The translations under genes and the position numbers were made by a program. A DNA stretch of 62,278 bases, counting the filler, from Choristocarpus tenellus KU-1152 (lineage: Eukaryota; Protista; Phaeophyceae), in NCBI GenBank assembly GCA_964200185.2. It is 10 parts of 10 records of this genome, joined end to end, with 100 filler letters (N's around TTAATTAATTAA, not from the genome) between each part and the next. Parts side by side here need not be neighbours in the genome. Positions count along the whole stretch, not along the records: positions 1 to 8,992 come from CAXNAD020004106.1; positions 9,093 to 20,894 come from CAXNAD020002134.1; 8 more parts are not named here. One strand, 5' to 3'. Shown piece by piece: positions 1 to 12,337 of this stretch (position 1 is the first letter of the stretch; the number at the start of each line of letters is the position of its first letter). The notes under the pieces were generated by a model. The model did not search any database. It was not told the origin of the DNA and saw only the letters and a list, made by a program, of their open reading frames with translations.

Positions 1-43
1 CTCGTAGTCCCGCTCCATCCCCAATTTTGAAAATCCTCTGTTA
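1..43 (-). repeat. Dispersed repeat family D, fragment at contig start
   Basis: CTCGTAGTCCCGCTCCATCCCCAATTTTGAAAATCCTCTGTTA is the reverse complement of 49078-49120. Confidence 0.9.
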
Positions 44-119
44 ATGGTACTATCGCCGATATTTGTTGGGTGTCAGCAGAAGTTCAGGTGTTGGAAGAGG
101 AGGGGTAGTGCAAGCCAGG

Positions 120-238
120 ATGAGAGGGCATGGAGCAGTCAGCACAAAGCAGAAGTGGACTCCTTCAAGCTGATACCTTGTATTCAAGTCGGTGATGAGA
201 GAAGTGGGTTCAATGACCCGCTTCAGTGCTGGTGAATG
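120..238 (+). pseudogene. hAT transposase C-terminal dimerisation-domain fragment
   Basis: AEVDSFKLIPCIQVGDERSGFNDPLQCW* resembles the E..y...p.....dPL.wW motif; truncated by a stop. Confidence 0.45.
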
Positions 239-269
239 AGGGCTTCCTCCTCACCACGAATAATCAATC

Positions 270-530
270 ATTGCCTGCCATTTTTGGATGTTCCCGCTTC
301 ACAGGCAGTATTTGCAATTCACAAATTCGGAATCGAGAAACTGTGAACCCTAACATATCATTGGACCATGTTGCTGCACCAAAACTTCTTGTCTTCACGT
401 CTAGCATCTGCTTCAAGGTGGACAAACGGCATGATGCCAAGAATGTCAACAAGGAACCTGGCACTTCAAGACTGCTGGAGGAATCCCGTTGCAGGTGCTG
501 GGTGCAGCCTGAGCCATTTTTCTAGAGCTG
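270..530 (-). mobile_element. Highly decayed Copia-type pol fragment (protease / GAG-pre-integrase-like)
   Basis: SGCTQH, WHH, LKQML and CKYC motifs spread over different frames. Confidence 0.3.
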
Positions 531-1350
531 GCATTCATAGCGCTTTGTCCAAGTAGTTGAAGAGTACTGCCGCATTGTTTGTCATTGGTTACTTGTTTCT
601 CATCATTATATTAATCATGTCATAATTACTGCTATGCCATTGTGCACCATGTTCAGAGAGAGGGGTCTTCTTTCTTTGTTGTACTACTACTACTGTGACC
701 TCTCCATCCAAAGCAGTCTCTGTTGGTCACTAATCACCGTTGCGTTCAATCTACCTTCTATCCTCTCCTCCATTGGTATCGCAAGGATGTCACTGGGCAT
801 CCAATAATATTAGGAGTAGTACTCTACTGAAACATCTATTTCAAAATCATAAGAGATCCCTCCTTCTTTACAAACCCACACAGTCATGTATTCTTCAGCC
901 TTTCTCCTCAAACAAAACATGGGCAATAAGTATCCCCACCTCACATATTGCAGGAGATCATGATTTTGACAGGGGAGAGAGATCACAAAAATCACCTTTG
1001 ATAAAAGAATTCAACTCCGGCTGGGACCCTCACCAGGATTTTTGCCTCACACCACAAAGTGCCAATTGCATTGTGCACCAACACTTAAATTGAGTTAATC
1101 GAAATTGCCTGAGTCTGAGTCGATCTACTTTGAGCCGTGAGCCCTGCTGGTTCACAGCACAAGTACTTAGAGAATGGGCTCTGACGATATGTCTGATGGG
1201 GAACAAAGAGTGCAAAGAAAGAAAAGGTTGGCTGACTCTGACTACACCTTACCAGCAACGCCTATCGATGCGAAAAAAATAACTTGGATTATTTTGCGGC
1301 ACTCCAGAGCCCATTGCTCCAGAGCAGTGAAGAGTCAACAGTACAAGACA

Positions 1351-1609
1351 GAGCCAAAGTATCTTAGATGGTAGAACCGCGTCCATTTGGGGGCCAAAAG
1401 CCAATGTTGCAATTTCATTTTGATTTTGGCTATCATGTTTGGTAGGAAGTGCAAATATCCATGTTCCGGACACACCTTTTGATAACGTACACATTTTACC
1501 TACTCCGAAACCGTTTGGAGTAGGAAAATGTCATAAAAAACCCCATGGGAAGCCAAGGTTTAAATGGACAAAAAGGGCAAAACTCGTACCCTCTAAGATA
1601 CTATCACTC
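1351..1609 (+). mobile_element. MITE family A, copy 1 (259 bp)
   Basis: Termini GAGCCAAAGTATCTTAGA...TCTAAGATACTATCACTC, 3-bp TSD ACA/ACA, four more copies in the window. Confidence 0.9.
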
Positions 1610-3599
1610 ACAAGCATAACGACACAGCAACGGTGCTGTACCATACATCAATATTCTCACAATATATCTACAGGCAAAGTATGTTCCTTACAACCATTAT
1701 TCCCCCCAACTTGCCCCTGCTCCCATCCACCACTTTCCATGGATACTTTCGACCATAGAGTATAACTCACTTACGTCAATGGACAGACTGGTGAGCGTCT
1801 AGAACTTAGCAAGCAGCCCCAGCTGATCAATCTCCGTTGTGTAAAATGTTTGTGAATTGTCTCCATGACCAAAACACATCTCGCAATCCCCTCTATATGC
1901 CCCACTGGTGATTCTTGTGTGGCATGTGTGTTTGTTGCCAATCATCCAGCCCCCAGAGGTGTTGATTGACATGCCAAGAGAGAGTGCTGGGGACAACAAA
2001 AAAGGTTAAGAACAAAATAAAAAGTGCAGCAGGGCAGGGGATTCGATAGGGAAAAAATGGAAGCAGCACAAGGTCAAGTGAGAATGGGTCCAATATTTGC
2101 TTACTTTTGTTTTGCAATCTCACCAGAAATAATGGGCGTGGTACATAGTGACAGCCATGTGTAAGTGAATCCACCTGTGCTTTGATTTGAACACCAAAAC
2201 CACCTTGTGAATCTCTACCCATATTGGAGTCTAGTTATTATCCCAAGGATCATTGTGGAGGCTGGGATATCGTCTCTTACAGCCAATTACCCGATCCATT
2301 GCCCACATGTGAAGAAGCCCGAAAATATTCCTGGGGATATGATGGGCCTTAATCCAACAGAAATACTCCCCCTCTTCAATCTCTCTGAGGCCCTGGGTGC
2401 TACCTCTCCTGCAGAGCAATGTCTTTACCTCATCGAGGCAGCATTCCGTCGTCACACTAAGGCTACTTTGGGGCACGTACCCTCACAGACTCGCTTGGAC
2501 CAAGGCTGACTACTTTCTTTTAAGGCGCGTTACCTAAGACAGTTTTTCTGCTGCAAATGTGGCAAGCAAATAGATGTCATCTGGAGCGACACTGAGACAA
2601 GCCACATTCGCTGCTGCAGTCTAGTCTGTGTAACTTTCCCAACTCCTATAAGGCAGTTAGTGAGGGCACATGCCAAAGTGAGGAATGACAAAGTCAGCAA
2701 CCAACCCTGTCAACCACCGGTGCTATCTCTGTAGGTGGCACTTCTCACCTCTTCGAGGATATGGCGATAGACCCTAGGGCTGAAAAACAGGAACGTATCC
2801 ATTCCAGGACTAGAGATAATTGATTGAGGATATTTGCACCAATCACAGGGAACGAGGAAACGACAAGCACAAGGCTTCGTTCCGAAACTCTTTACTGCTA
2901 CCCCTCCCCATCACCCCCACCCCTGACAGATAAGGGTGAGCCACTTGCGAAGTGGGGGAAAAATTTCAACTTATCCCTATCCCAATCGCCCTGTCATGAA
3001 ACACAAAAATAGAGCTGCCCAGGAGGAAGTAGATCATAGCACCGGCAGGAATGGCATGGAGAAGAGATAGTTCAATTCATAGACGTCAGAACTACGCCCC
3101 AGACACAGGGTCCCAGCCCCCTCGTCTTTTTCTCTGTGTGATCCATCACCCCACCTCAACCCAGTATCTTACCGAGGGAAAACCAAGTTCCTGTTCCCGT
3201 TTGTCTTGTGGCACTTTGACACAAGAAGGTTGTCACAGCACTTGCACCACCAGCAACAGTAGTTTAGGATCTACGCTTGGCGCTTGAGTGGGTGTAGACT
3301 ATGTTATTATGGCTCAGGGAAGTTGCCGTTGGGTTGAATGTTTGGAGCCTGGGTGGTATAGTCGCCGCGTTAGTTTGGGTGTGGAAGAGAAATCATCCGT
3401 TTTGGAAATCTCGACTTGTGCTGAGGATGGTGGTGTGGAGTATGAGATACTTGTGCGTCAACGTATTTCTGGCGAGGTTTCCGCCAATTGCTCTGTGGTC
3501 CGATCTACGCAAAGAGGGGAGGAAAAAGGATTGGGGCATGACAGTAAAAGTATTGGAGGATGGTGGCAGAACGCTGTAATGGAGATGAAATCTGGGTCG

Positions 3600-5680
3600 T
3601 AACTGGTCCCATAAGAACATGCGTATGAGGGCACATTAACACAAACTCTTCGGGAGGATAATAATTCAATGTACCAAATGCACGGGTCCGTTGATTTAGA
3701 GAACGCCCGATCTCTCCATCATAATATGTCTGTCGAGGCATGTGTCAGGCCGGCGAAGTAGAGGGTGACTGACAAACAGAAATTGGTCTATGTTGCTCCT
3801 CAAAGCCGTGTCTGTCGTCAGTATGGTGGCAGTGTAGGACTTGTCCAGAACCAGGCCCGTGTAGAGGAGCATCGTGGTCAATACTGTAGTGTTGGACAAG
3901 ATGCTGCATATTTCGCAAGTCGCCATTCTTCCATTTGACCTCGTAGGGGTAGCTGACTCGCTCCTCTCTAACATTCACCTTGTAGTGGGGCTGGTAGTTG
4001 GTCAATGTCCCTTGCATCCGCTGATCGTCTCATCTGAAGTATAGTCCCCTGCCCTTGTCTCTGGCGTTGAGTGTTTCACCCTCATCTAAATCCGGCACAT
4101 AACTCAGTGTCGGTTCAAGGAGTATATATTTCTATACATCCTCGTCCGTGTCCCTACGCTTCCGTCGGCGGTCAACAATGGACCGACTGCGTTGTCTGAC
4201 ACACAGGGCTGCAGCCTCGTCACTGTCCCTCTTGTTCTTCTCTCGAAGTTGGTTGACACCCTCTTCGATCTCGTCCTCTGTCATGTACGACCCCAGTTGA
4301 GAGGGTGAAGATTTTTCGCCATCGTCCGGAAGGTAGGACACTGAGTAAATGTACGCCCCTGAACCATCTACATGAACATCGCTGACCTTTCCCTGTACGA
4401 TGCTTCCCCCACTCGCGCGTAGGACGAAGTTGGTTCCTCGACCGAACCTGGCGTCAGACGTGTCCCCAAATCTGAGTTGCCTAGAGAAGCGAGCTGGTAT
4501 CCCACCGAGAGATTGCCGGTTGGATTCCGAGGTGAACATCTGGTATTGACCAGGCAGGATCGTGAATGTGTTGTTCAGGTGGTTGTGGTCGATTTCTGTG
4601 AAGTCTGGTATGATGATGGCTTGAAGGGGCACGATGCGGGGACCCGGTTGTGCGTCCTACGTCACGACAAACTTGTTCGTTGCGGGGGCTGTGTTGGTGT
4701 GTAGGACTATTGGAATGTGTTTGCGCGTTATGTCCTGGTTTGGTTGTATAGGGGTGTTGTTTGTTGATTTCTTGAGAAATGGATAGTTTTATGTACGATA
4801 GAGGATACACTTAGGCAGCGGAATGAACGAATGGGATGCGTTTTATTTGCCCTATGCAAGTTGTGAAGTATTATGTGAAATGTGTCAGTGGCAGTTGCAG
4901 ATTGGGAGAATAAAATGACACTAATTTGGATGTCAGGATTGGACGTTATTGGAGGAATATATGTTGGATAGAGGGGATATAAGGGGACATGTGACACCTG
5001 TATGTGGACAGATGGAATCATCCGTGTGGGGCATTGTTACCTTAGAAGCAATAAGAGGCGTTACTCACCTTGTCCGTCCGTGACATGTGAATAGTTGGCA
5101 CTCCATCAACGAAGCTAGCACTCAGCACCTTGAAGTTTTCAGTGACAAAGACGACCTCATCTCCAGCACTGAGTATCCCTCCGTAGCTGGAGTGATGTCT
5201 GGCGTTCCATTGAATCTTGTCCTTGTGGTAGGCAGTGAACTGCAAGAACTTTATACCACTGTACTCTGATGGCTGCGTCTGCACAATGCATATGTTCCCC
5301 TCGGCGAGCTGTCTCTTCTTCCTCGACAGCTGACTTCTCAGATACATATCACCCGTTCCCGCTTCCATCAAAATCCAAGGTCTATCTCCTTAAGCGGGGG
5401 CACTTGAGTTAGTTGCCACCTGCATTGGGCCAGGTTGCTGATGGAACAGTCCGTGAGGTAACACGACAGTTCTGTGCATATCAATGTACGGGAGTCTCCG
5501 GTGGTGAGCCGACCAGTGAAGAACCTGTGCATGGACTTGATTCCACTGAGGTTTGGGACGCGTGGTTCGTGTCGTTCCGCACGGTCGATCTTATAAGACG
5601 GAAGGTGGACTATCTCCTGTGTGCGGAACGTGTCGATGTATAGAAGTTTCGTATACGTCTTGCTGTGCTGTCTGCCGTCC
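3600..5680 (-). mobile_element. Decayed DNA-transposon-like coding region: Sola2-like transposase C-terminus followed by Tudor/SH3-like segments
   Basis: About 5660-5400 reads IDRAERHEPRVPNLSGIKSMHRFFTGRLTTGDSRTLICTELSCYLTDCSISNLAQC; co-oriented ORFs 5042-5371 (ends at AAG|GTGAGT), 4132-4632 and 3745-4017 carry beta-rich VQGKVSDVHVDGSGAYIYSVSY and YEVKWKNG motifs; stops and frameshifts between them. Confidence 0.4.
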
Positions 5681-5849
5681 CTGTCCGTCCAATTCTAAGG
5701 GTTGTGGTGATTGTGCATATAAGGGGAGGGGTGGTACATGTAGGAGTCAGTGTCGGCACTGAGGCAGTGTGTTGTGACCGATTCGATGTGATGGCATTTT
5801 GTTTGGAGTGTTATGTGCTACCTATTGCTGTAACGAGTGTTTGGTAATG

Positions 5850-7065
5850 ATGGACGGCAGTGTGTGATGAAATCCAAAAGTTGGATTTTTGTGTTAGTTT
5901 GCCGATTGGCAGACGTCTGAAAAATAGAGGGCGACGGTTGCAGGTGTGCACGTACTTTGTGCGGTCAATTAAGTAAGTATGAACAATCATCATGTGATTT
6001 GTGGTGTCGGCATGAAGGGAAGGCACAGATGTGATATAATGGGTCGACGAAATCTATTGCCTTGATGGAATATATGGGTTAGCAAGGGGCGGGAGGGTGC
6101 AGAGTGCCGCGAGTTGCAAACAGGGATTAATGATTGTGAGTGGTGAAAATCATACACGTGGTACATGTGGTATCTATTCCTGCAGCAAGCAATGGATATA
6201 TGGCCGACATTGTTACGTGAAAGGAAACAATAACTTGGAGTTTTGGTTTAGTTTACTGATTGGCAGACTCATAATAAATCGAGGGTGATGGTTGCAATTG
6301 TGCACGGAAGGTGTGCGGTCGATTAATAAATGCATATGCGCGATTATCATGTGATTTGTGGTGTCGACATGAGGGAAGGTGCAGATGTGAGATAGTGGGT
6401 CAACGATATCTAGTGCGTGTTTAGTGTATGGGTTATCAAGTGGCGGGAAGGTGCAGACTGATGCGAGTGGCAAGGAGGGATTGTTGAATTATCCCACACT
6501 GGACCCGCGGCTTTTATGGTGCTTTAATTAATGACAAAGAACAGCTTAATGTAGATGAACAATGTTAGTATTGCAAGGGGCTAGTGGTCTTTGTGGTCTC
6601 GATTCCTCTGACTAAGCGTATGGGTGAGACTAGCCTAAACTGCCATATTATTATTCTACAGTGTGGGGTTTGTGATCGTCCACACTATTTTACTATGAAT
6701 TACTTATTTACTTATCTTAAGTATAGAAAGTGTATCTTGAACATTATATATAACCAATCAACACTATGNNNNNNNNNNTCACTGGCTCTCTACCCTATCA
6801 CATAATCCACCAGTGGTATCTATAGTGTATCAGCAGCACTATCTACGAACAGGGATCAGGTCCAGGGGGCGGGGAGAATCATGCATGTACTATATATGGT
6901 ATATATCCCTGCAACAAGTGATGGGTATATGGTCGACGTTGACACTGGAAAGAAAAGAGGAACTTGGAATTTTGCGTGAGTTTACCGATTGGCAGACTTC
7001 TACAAAATAGGCGGCGATAGTTGTAAGTGTGTATAGACTATCTGTACAGTCATTTCATAAGTGCT
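5850..7065. repeat. Degenerate direct repeats (about 270-bp core; 2 full copies about 350 bp apart, 1 partial)
   Basis: TTGGA..TTT..GTTAGTTT.C.GATTGGCAGAC at about 5881, 6235 and 6964; ATCATGTGATTTGTGGTGTCG shared by the first two copies. Confidence 0.8.
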
Positions 7066-8049
7066 TATGTGTTTGTCGAATTCGAATAGCTGAGTGTTAT
7101 CCTTACGTTATCTGTGCTGATCCAAGTAAACAACATAGCTTATATGTACGTTGATCTTTGGTTTTTTGTATAATGTGAGAGTTTATGAAGTAATCTGAGT
7201 TTTGTGGGCGAAAGAATTCTGGTTGGTTGGAGGCACAGGACAAGAGTGGGTGAGGGAAAGAAAAAGAAGGAACATTCGATCTCGTTCTCCTTCGAATCTT
7301 GGAGGATCATATACCCAAGTCCACGCACGATGCTCCTAAGCGCAGCACCAACCCAGGACCTCTGGAAGTGTACCTTGAACTACTTTCAGAGAAACATACG
7401 ACAATAGACCTTGACCAATAATAACCACTCGTATACACGTCCATATTCCGTCCACACCTTTTCACGTACTTCATACCAACAACTTCAACCCTAAACCTTC
7501 AGCGACAACCACGTCTTATTGCATACAAAGTCCAAGATATGCACACAAATAAACGAAGTACTACATTTAAACTGTACATGATGCTATGTTTTGGTTCCTC
7601 GAGCATATGCCGGGAGAACAGGCCCAAACTGACAGTCCTCTTTGTGTACACACCATCAGACACGACTCATGCAAGCAAATAAACGAAAAAAACAACCTCG
7701 CAACAGCCCATATTCTTTTTTTCAATTCCTCATCCAACAGTGGGAAAACACACCCTAACCGACCGACAGTCCTCTTCATGTGCTAACCAGATCCCACTCA
7801 TGCAACCGAATAAGCCAATATCCGGCCCTGGAACAGCCTAACCCATATCTCTCATTCTTCATCCTAACTGTACGACCAACATACATAAACCAATAAACCT
7901 GTTTGAACAGATTCGAAATCCGAACCATGCAAACGTCGAAACTCCTAACCATACCCAATTAAATGGTGGCATATATTTCCATTCCTCTTGTGTACGAAAA
8001 GACAGAAAGGAACCTAACAAACAGTCTTCTTATTTTGCTGACATTTCAA

Positions 8050-8141
8050 ATCCGACACGTGTGACCAAATCACACCAAAAAGCGAAAATCGAAGAAGGGA
8101 AAAAAACGGACGCCGGCACCCCCCCCCAGATACTTTGACCC
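8050..8141 (+). mobile_element. Family B terminus (divergent, one end only)
   Basis: ACCAAATCAC...CCCCCCCAGATACTTTGACCC. Confidence 0.75.
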
Positions 8142-8149
8142 GTATCTGT

Positions 8150-8889
8150 GGAGCGTCTCCAACCCAAGGATGAAGTAAATCCAGCTTAGTCATCCACCCA
8201 CTAAGCAGAGTTGAAGAGCAGAGTTCCCAGGGCTCTTGAGCAGAAGGGGAGGAAGAACCAATGTCCCTCTTTAAGTCACTACTCAGGATCGGTCCCGTCT
8301 CACACATTCACATCTTCACCACAAGGACGTGTTCGGGTGAGTATCTACTCTAGAGCTCCATCCACTCTATTGTAGGTTCTCTATGTTTTGGTGCAGTGGT
8401 GAAATCGGGAAGGGGACACAAATTCTTTCGACGCCTCGCCGTACACTCCTCATTTTCTTGAGTACCGTGAAACCACACAATAATATACAGGTTCATCCTC
8501 ATCACTTGGAAAGACGGGTAGAGGCCGCAGGAGTCAAAGGCATGTAGGGTCCATCGAAAACTTCTTACTGGTGCGTCTGGGTTCAACCCCGTCACCTGTT
8601 TGAAAACTTCCAAGGGGAGGCAGGATTACAGGTGAGCGAGTGACCGGCAAAATACACTGTTCGATTGAGATATTTGCTGAACGAAGATAGGAATAATCAC
8701 CGTGGGGACCTTGAATAAGCTCTCTATGAGTTGCGTGAAGCACCCCAAGGGCGGATCTTCTTTGTACAGATGTCCCGCTTGGCTGCCTCACAATCAAGTC
8801 TGACGATCACTCTAGATGTGATCATTTTATTCTCACTCCGCCCCTCCTTAGTACGAACTAATCTTCTTCCTGTCATCCCCATTCACCAA
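8150..8889 (-). mobile_element. Decayed Copia pol fragment (start of RT region)
   Basis: EVFKQVTGLNPDAPVRSFRWTL resembles the vf..v..lp.......rWv motif at the start of Copia RT. Confidence 0.4.
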
Positions 8890-8992
8890 GGTTCAAAGTA
8901 TCTGGGGGGGGGGGGGGGGGGGGGGGGGCGTCGTTGGGGGGTACTTTTTTTGTTGTGGGGGTTTGGGGGGGGTGGTTTCTTTGGGGCAGTTG
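8890..8992 (+). mobile_element. MITE family B left end, truncated at contig end
   Basis: GGTTCAAAGTATCT followed by poly-G. Confidence 0.8.
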
Positions 8993-9092
8993 NNNNNNNN
9001 NNNNNNNNNNNNNNNNNNNNNNNNNNNNNNNNNNNNTTAATTAATTAANNNNNNNNNNNNNNNNNNNNNNNNNNNNNNNNNNNNNNNNNNNN
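8993..9092. other. Artificial contig spacer (also at about 20895, 25235, 35330, 39826, 45036, 49134, 54861, 58470)
   Basis: Identical N-run/TTAATTAATTAA/N-run cassette, which places stop codons in all six frames. Confidence 0.99.
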
Positions 9093-9132
9093 CCCTCACA
9101 AACCACCCCCCTCCCCCCAGATACTTTGACCC
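9093..9132 (+). mobile_element. MITE family B right end at contig start
   Basis: CCCCCCAGATACTTTGACCC. Confidence 0.8.
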
Positions 9133-10400
9133 TCTAGCCCCAGCGTGGGTTAGGTCGATACCTCCAGTCTCATCCTGCGCGAAATCCACTCTTCTAGCCC
9201 TCTCCTGGGCGAGATCATTAGATGCCACAACACCCTCCTCTGATGCTGTGTTCGCTCCAGTCGAGTCCACAGAACCACCTTCCCCCTTTACTGAAGCACG
9301 ATTCTCCATCTCCTTTGGAATTGGATGCCGATGACCCCTGCTGAGTGAGCAACCTCGACAAGATGGCCCCCACGTCCCAGTCAACAAAAAGTTTTGTACA
9401 GATGCGTATTTCCTCACCATCCCTTGACGTACATCGCCTAATCGTGCATGCAGCTCATTCATATCCCTCGACACAGTGGTATTTTTGGGCAAGTGAATTC
9501 TTGGTCTCCTTGCATCAAATCCATCCGATTTTATTCCTGCTCCCTTATTACCACAACCACTTTGCCCCACCCGATTCTTCTTCTTTAGGATGTTCTGAGA
9601 TTCCAGACCTCTTGGCGCAGGAGACTTTCTTTGTGAACATTCAAAACTTTGGTGACCTTGTTCCCCAGATACAAGCAAGTAATACCCTCTTCAGTTGCCC
9701 TCTGCTTCTTGATTTGTGTGCACGTGGATCTGAAGTGAGGTCCGCCACATTCACAACAATCAGGTTGCCCATCAGTGAATCTCGATTGCCTTCCTGCCAC
9801 CAGTGCGCCAGCTCTAACCCCTGCCGATTCTGTCCCTTGTTGCATGATTCACAGTCAGCATTTCTTGAGGACTAACTTCTCCAGTTTTATCCGCCCTTCT
9901 ACAGACTTGTCATCATCTATCTGGGACAAGATGTCCAGATACTCTTCGCCAAGTGAATATTGTAGCCAGCCCACTCGATCTTCCTCCGTCACCAAACCTC
10001 TCAGACTCTTCAACTCCATTACAAGAGCCTCCTGCGGGTTTATGATGTCCGCAGGATCTCCCCCAGGTTCCAACACCATGTCCATCAATTGCCGTTTTAC
10101 TAGATTTCTCTCCGTTTGGTTGGAATAAGCATAGTTCTTGACAAGAGCAGCGAACGTCTCACTCGGAGATTTGTACCTTAAAACGATGTCCAATGCAGGT
10201 CCGGTTGTCGCCTCCTGAAGTCTATTAATTGCGTACATCGTCGCATGGTGAAGATACGGATCCACACCTGTCGAGGAATACTCCAATGGCAGTACCCTCA
10301 GATGTTCCTTTGTTACCGGTGGCTCCCTCCATCCCGATGAGAGAGCATGTGTAGGAAACGTTTTGCTCCCCTTCCTCCACGTTCCTGGTTCCCCCTTGAA
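9133..10400 (-). mobile_element. Ty1/Copia retrotransposon remnant: gag, two zinc knuckles, GAG-pre-integrase
   Basis: ORF 9855-10286 is Copia gag-like (LQEATTGPALDIV...LVKNY...LQYSLGEEY); knuckles CCECGGPHFRSTC and a frameshifted C..GEQGHQSFEC; ELHARLGDV...CRGCSLSRGHRHPIPK is the GAG-pre-integrase signature; stops, frameshifts, internal deletions. Confidence 0.85.
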
Positions 10401-11964
10401 CGCAGGTTGTTTGGAGGAGTATTGTTTTAACTTCGGTAAAATACAGGTCTAGTCCCCAAGGCCACCGTATCTCTAGTCCCAACCCCAACCTTGCGCCCTT
10501 GCACGGCTGATGTCCCATCTTGAATCTCACCCCCCAACGGGTCATTGACGGTTCTTTAACTCCATCATCAATTGAGTTCAGACTTGAATCAAATATCGAT
10601 CTGGGCATCATCTTGTTTGTCTTGACTCCTTCCTCATGATAGCTAAAATCCAAATATATTAACTGCGCAAGCATACTTATAAAAGAATGCTATAGCATGT
10701 TAAACTGTCCTTGATAATCAGTTGTCCCACACAACCAGTTATATAATTGTTTATTAGTTTGTATCACAGTTGAGAAGAGAGTGACACACTATCACTTGAT
10801 GGGGCTCGCCAAACCTTACAGTAAATGACTCAGAATACCAAATGACTCAATAGTTCTCTAGCATACATCAGAAACACTTCAAATCTAACATTCCGCCAAT
10901 TATTTTGGTCAAGTACCCCACCCAAATATCCTTAATGTCCCACATCATCGTACGTACGTACATAAAGTATCACTTCAAATCTTATTCTCATGTGACAAAT
11001 GGTCAAGCATAATCTCGACAATCAAGAACATTACATCTTCTTTACCCCTTGAATCATGATACAAGGCCATACCTATGTTTTACAACACATACACACATCT
11101 TGGTTATCACTGACTCTGGCTGCACTGCACCAATGTCCCACCCTCTACTTCTTGTTCAAGATGCAGCATCCATCAAAGTTGTTGGCATTATTGGCAGGAT
11201 AGAAGTCACTGCAGCTAGACCTGCCATCCTTACCATGGACATTGCAGAGTAACTAATAGTCTACATTGATATATTCAATAGGTGCATGTACTGAAGGGGG
11301 AGGAGCACTGCAGTCTGCAGAAATTGACAATCCACACACAACAAAAAGTCTCACAAATTGGCCATCCTGCTCAAAACCTGGGTCGAGGGTATATGAATGT
11401 ATCATATATGACACCCACCAAAACGTTTTAGCAGTGGGACATACTAATGTAGTACTTCAAAGTACTCAGGGGTATAGAGTCCGTCTTAAGCATAACCATG
11501 TGCCAAGTATTCTGAAATAATCCAAATTGGATCGATTCAAAGGCTCAAACTGGACATTAATGATGTGATGTCCATACCGCACAATCTCTTCATACAAATA
11601 TATGTATATGTGCCGACCCTATTTGTGTAGTCTGGGTGGACTATCAGACTGTATTATGTGACGTTTGTTACTTTGTCCACTATTACATGTTAAAGCACTA
11701 CTACCATTATGTAAGTCATTCGATTATTTGATATCAAACACACAATTGCAAGTAGTAATCAAAACCTGGTCAAAGCATGGACAAAATACCCAATGTGGTG
11801 GGTCTAGAAAGGGCAGCCTTGGTTCCAGCCTGTTGGTGCTCCCAAAGACAGAGTACAAGGTAATCGTTGGCAGGAAAGGTACTCCAGGTCCTAGCCAATG
11901 GCTTCCTTTTTTATGTGCCTACCTACCTAATACTATGTTATTGGTAGTGGTTGGGATTGGATTT

Positions 11965-12301
11965 TGTGCAATATAGGCCAGGCAGTCTATAGGTTCTTAA
12001 GTGTTTAGTGAACAGTAAAATGCAATAGAAGTATTGAGTAGATTAAGGGTCAAGAACTTTATTTGGTGTGCTTAGAGTAGCAGGTTCGAGTTTTGATGGA
12101 TTGATTTCTTATTTTGTTCAATATAAGTGACTGACGTAGTGCGACTGACACAGACACATTTTTGACGTGTTTGCTGACGTGCGAAATAGATAATAATATA
12201 AGGGAGAGCACCCCACCACCAAGGGCTGTGCTCACCCCGCTAATAAATAAATCCATACAACATGAAGCAAAGGCTCTATTGGAATAGCTCTCTTTTGCAC
12301 A
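11965..12301 (+). mobile_element. 5' LTR (337 bp) of a Copia element (LTR family F)
   Basis: TGTGCAA...TTGCACA inverted ends, immediately followed by a PBS and gag; related copies at 12741 and 22016. Confidence 0.85.
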
Positions 12302-12312
12302 GGTTATGAGCC
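12302..12312 (+). promoter_or_regulatory. Primer-binding site complementary to the internal (anticodon-arm) part of initiator tRNA-Met
   Basis: GGTTATGAGCC abuts the LTR 3' CA; matches the GGTTATG(G/A)GCCC half-tRNA PBS of copia/Ty5-type elements. Confidence 0.8.
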
Positions 12313-12337
12313 TCATTGGTATGTAAGCGGACTCCCA

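Noticed and set aside
1439-1765. Recurrent short ORFs such as NIHILPTPK.FGVGK and IIHPTHATKSPK
   Set aside because: Translations of MITE A and B interiors; frames and stops differ between copies.
1800-2800. Possible DIRS-like RNase H remnant (WIKAHHIP)
   Set aside because: One short motif with no supporting RT or tyrosine-recombinase motifs.
9037-9048. TTAATTAATTAA palindrome recurring nine times
   Set aside because: Always embedded in N-runs; an assembly spacer. ORFs ending in X...LIN are artefacts of it.
8890-9132. Contigs 1 and 2 as true neighbours split within a single MITE B
   Set aside because: Plausible since Copia lies on both sides in the same orientation, but flanks CAA and TCT give no TSD and the spacer is artificial.
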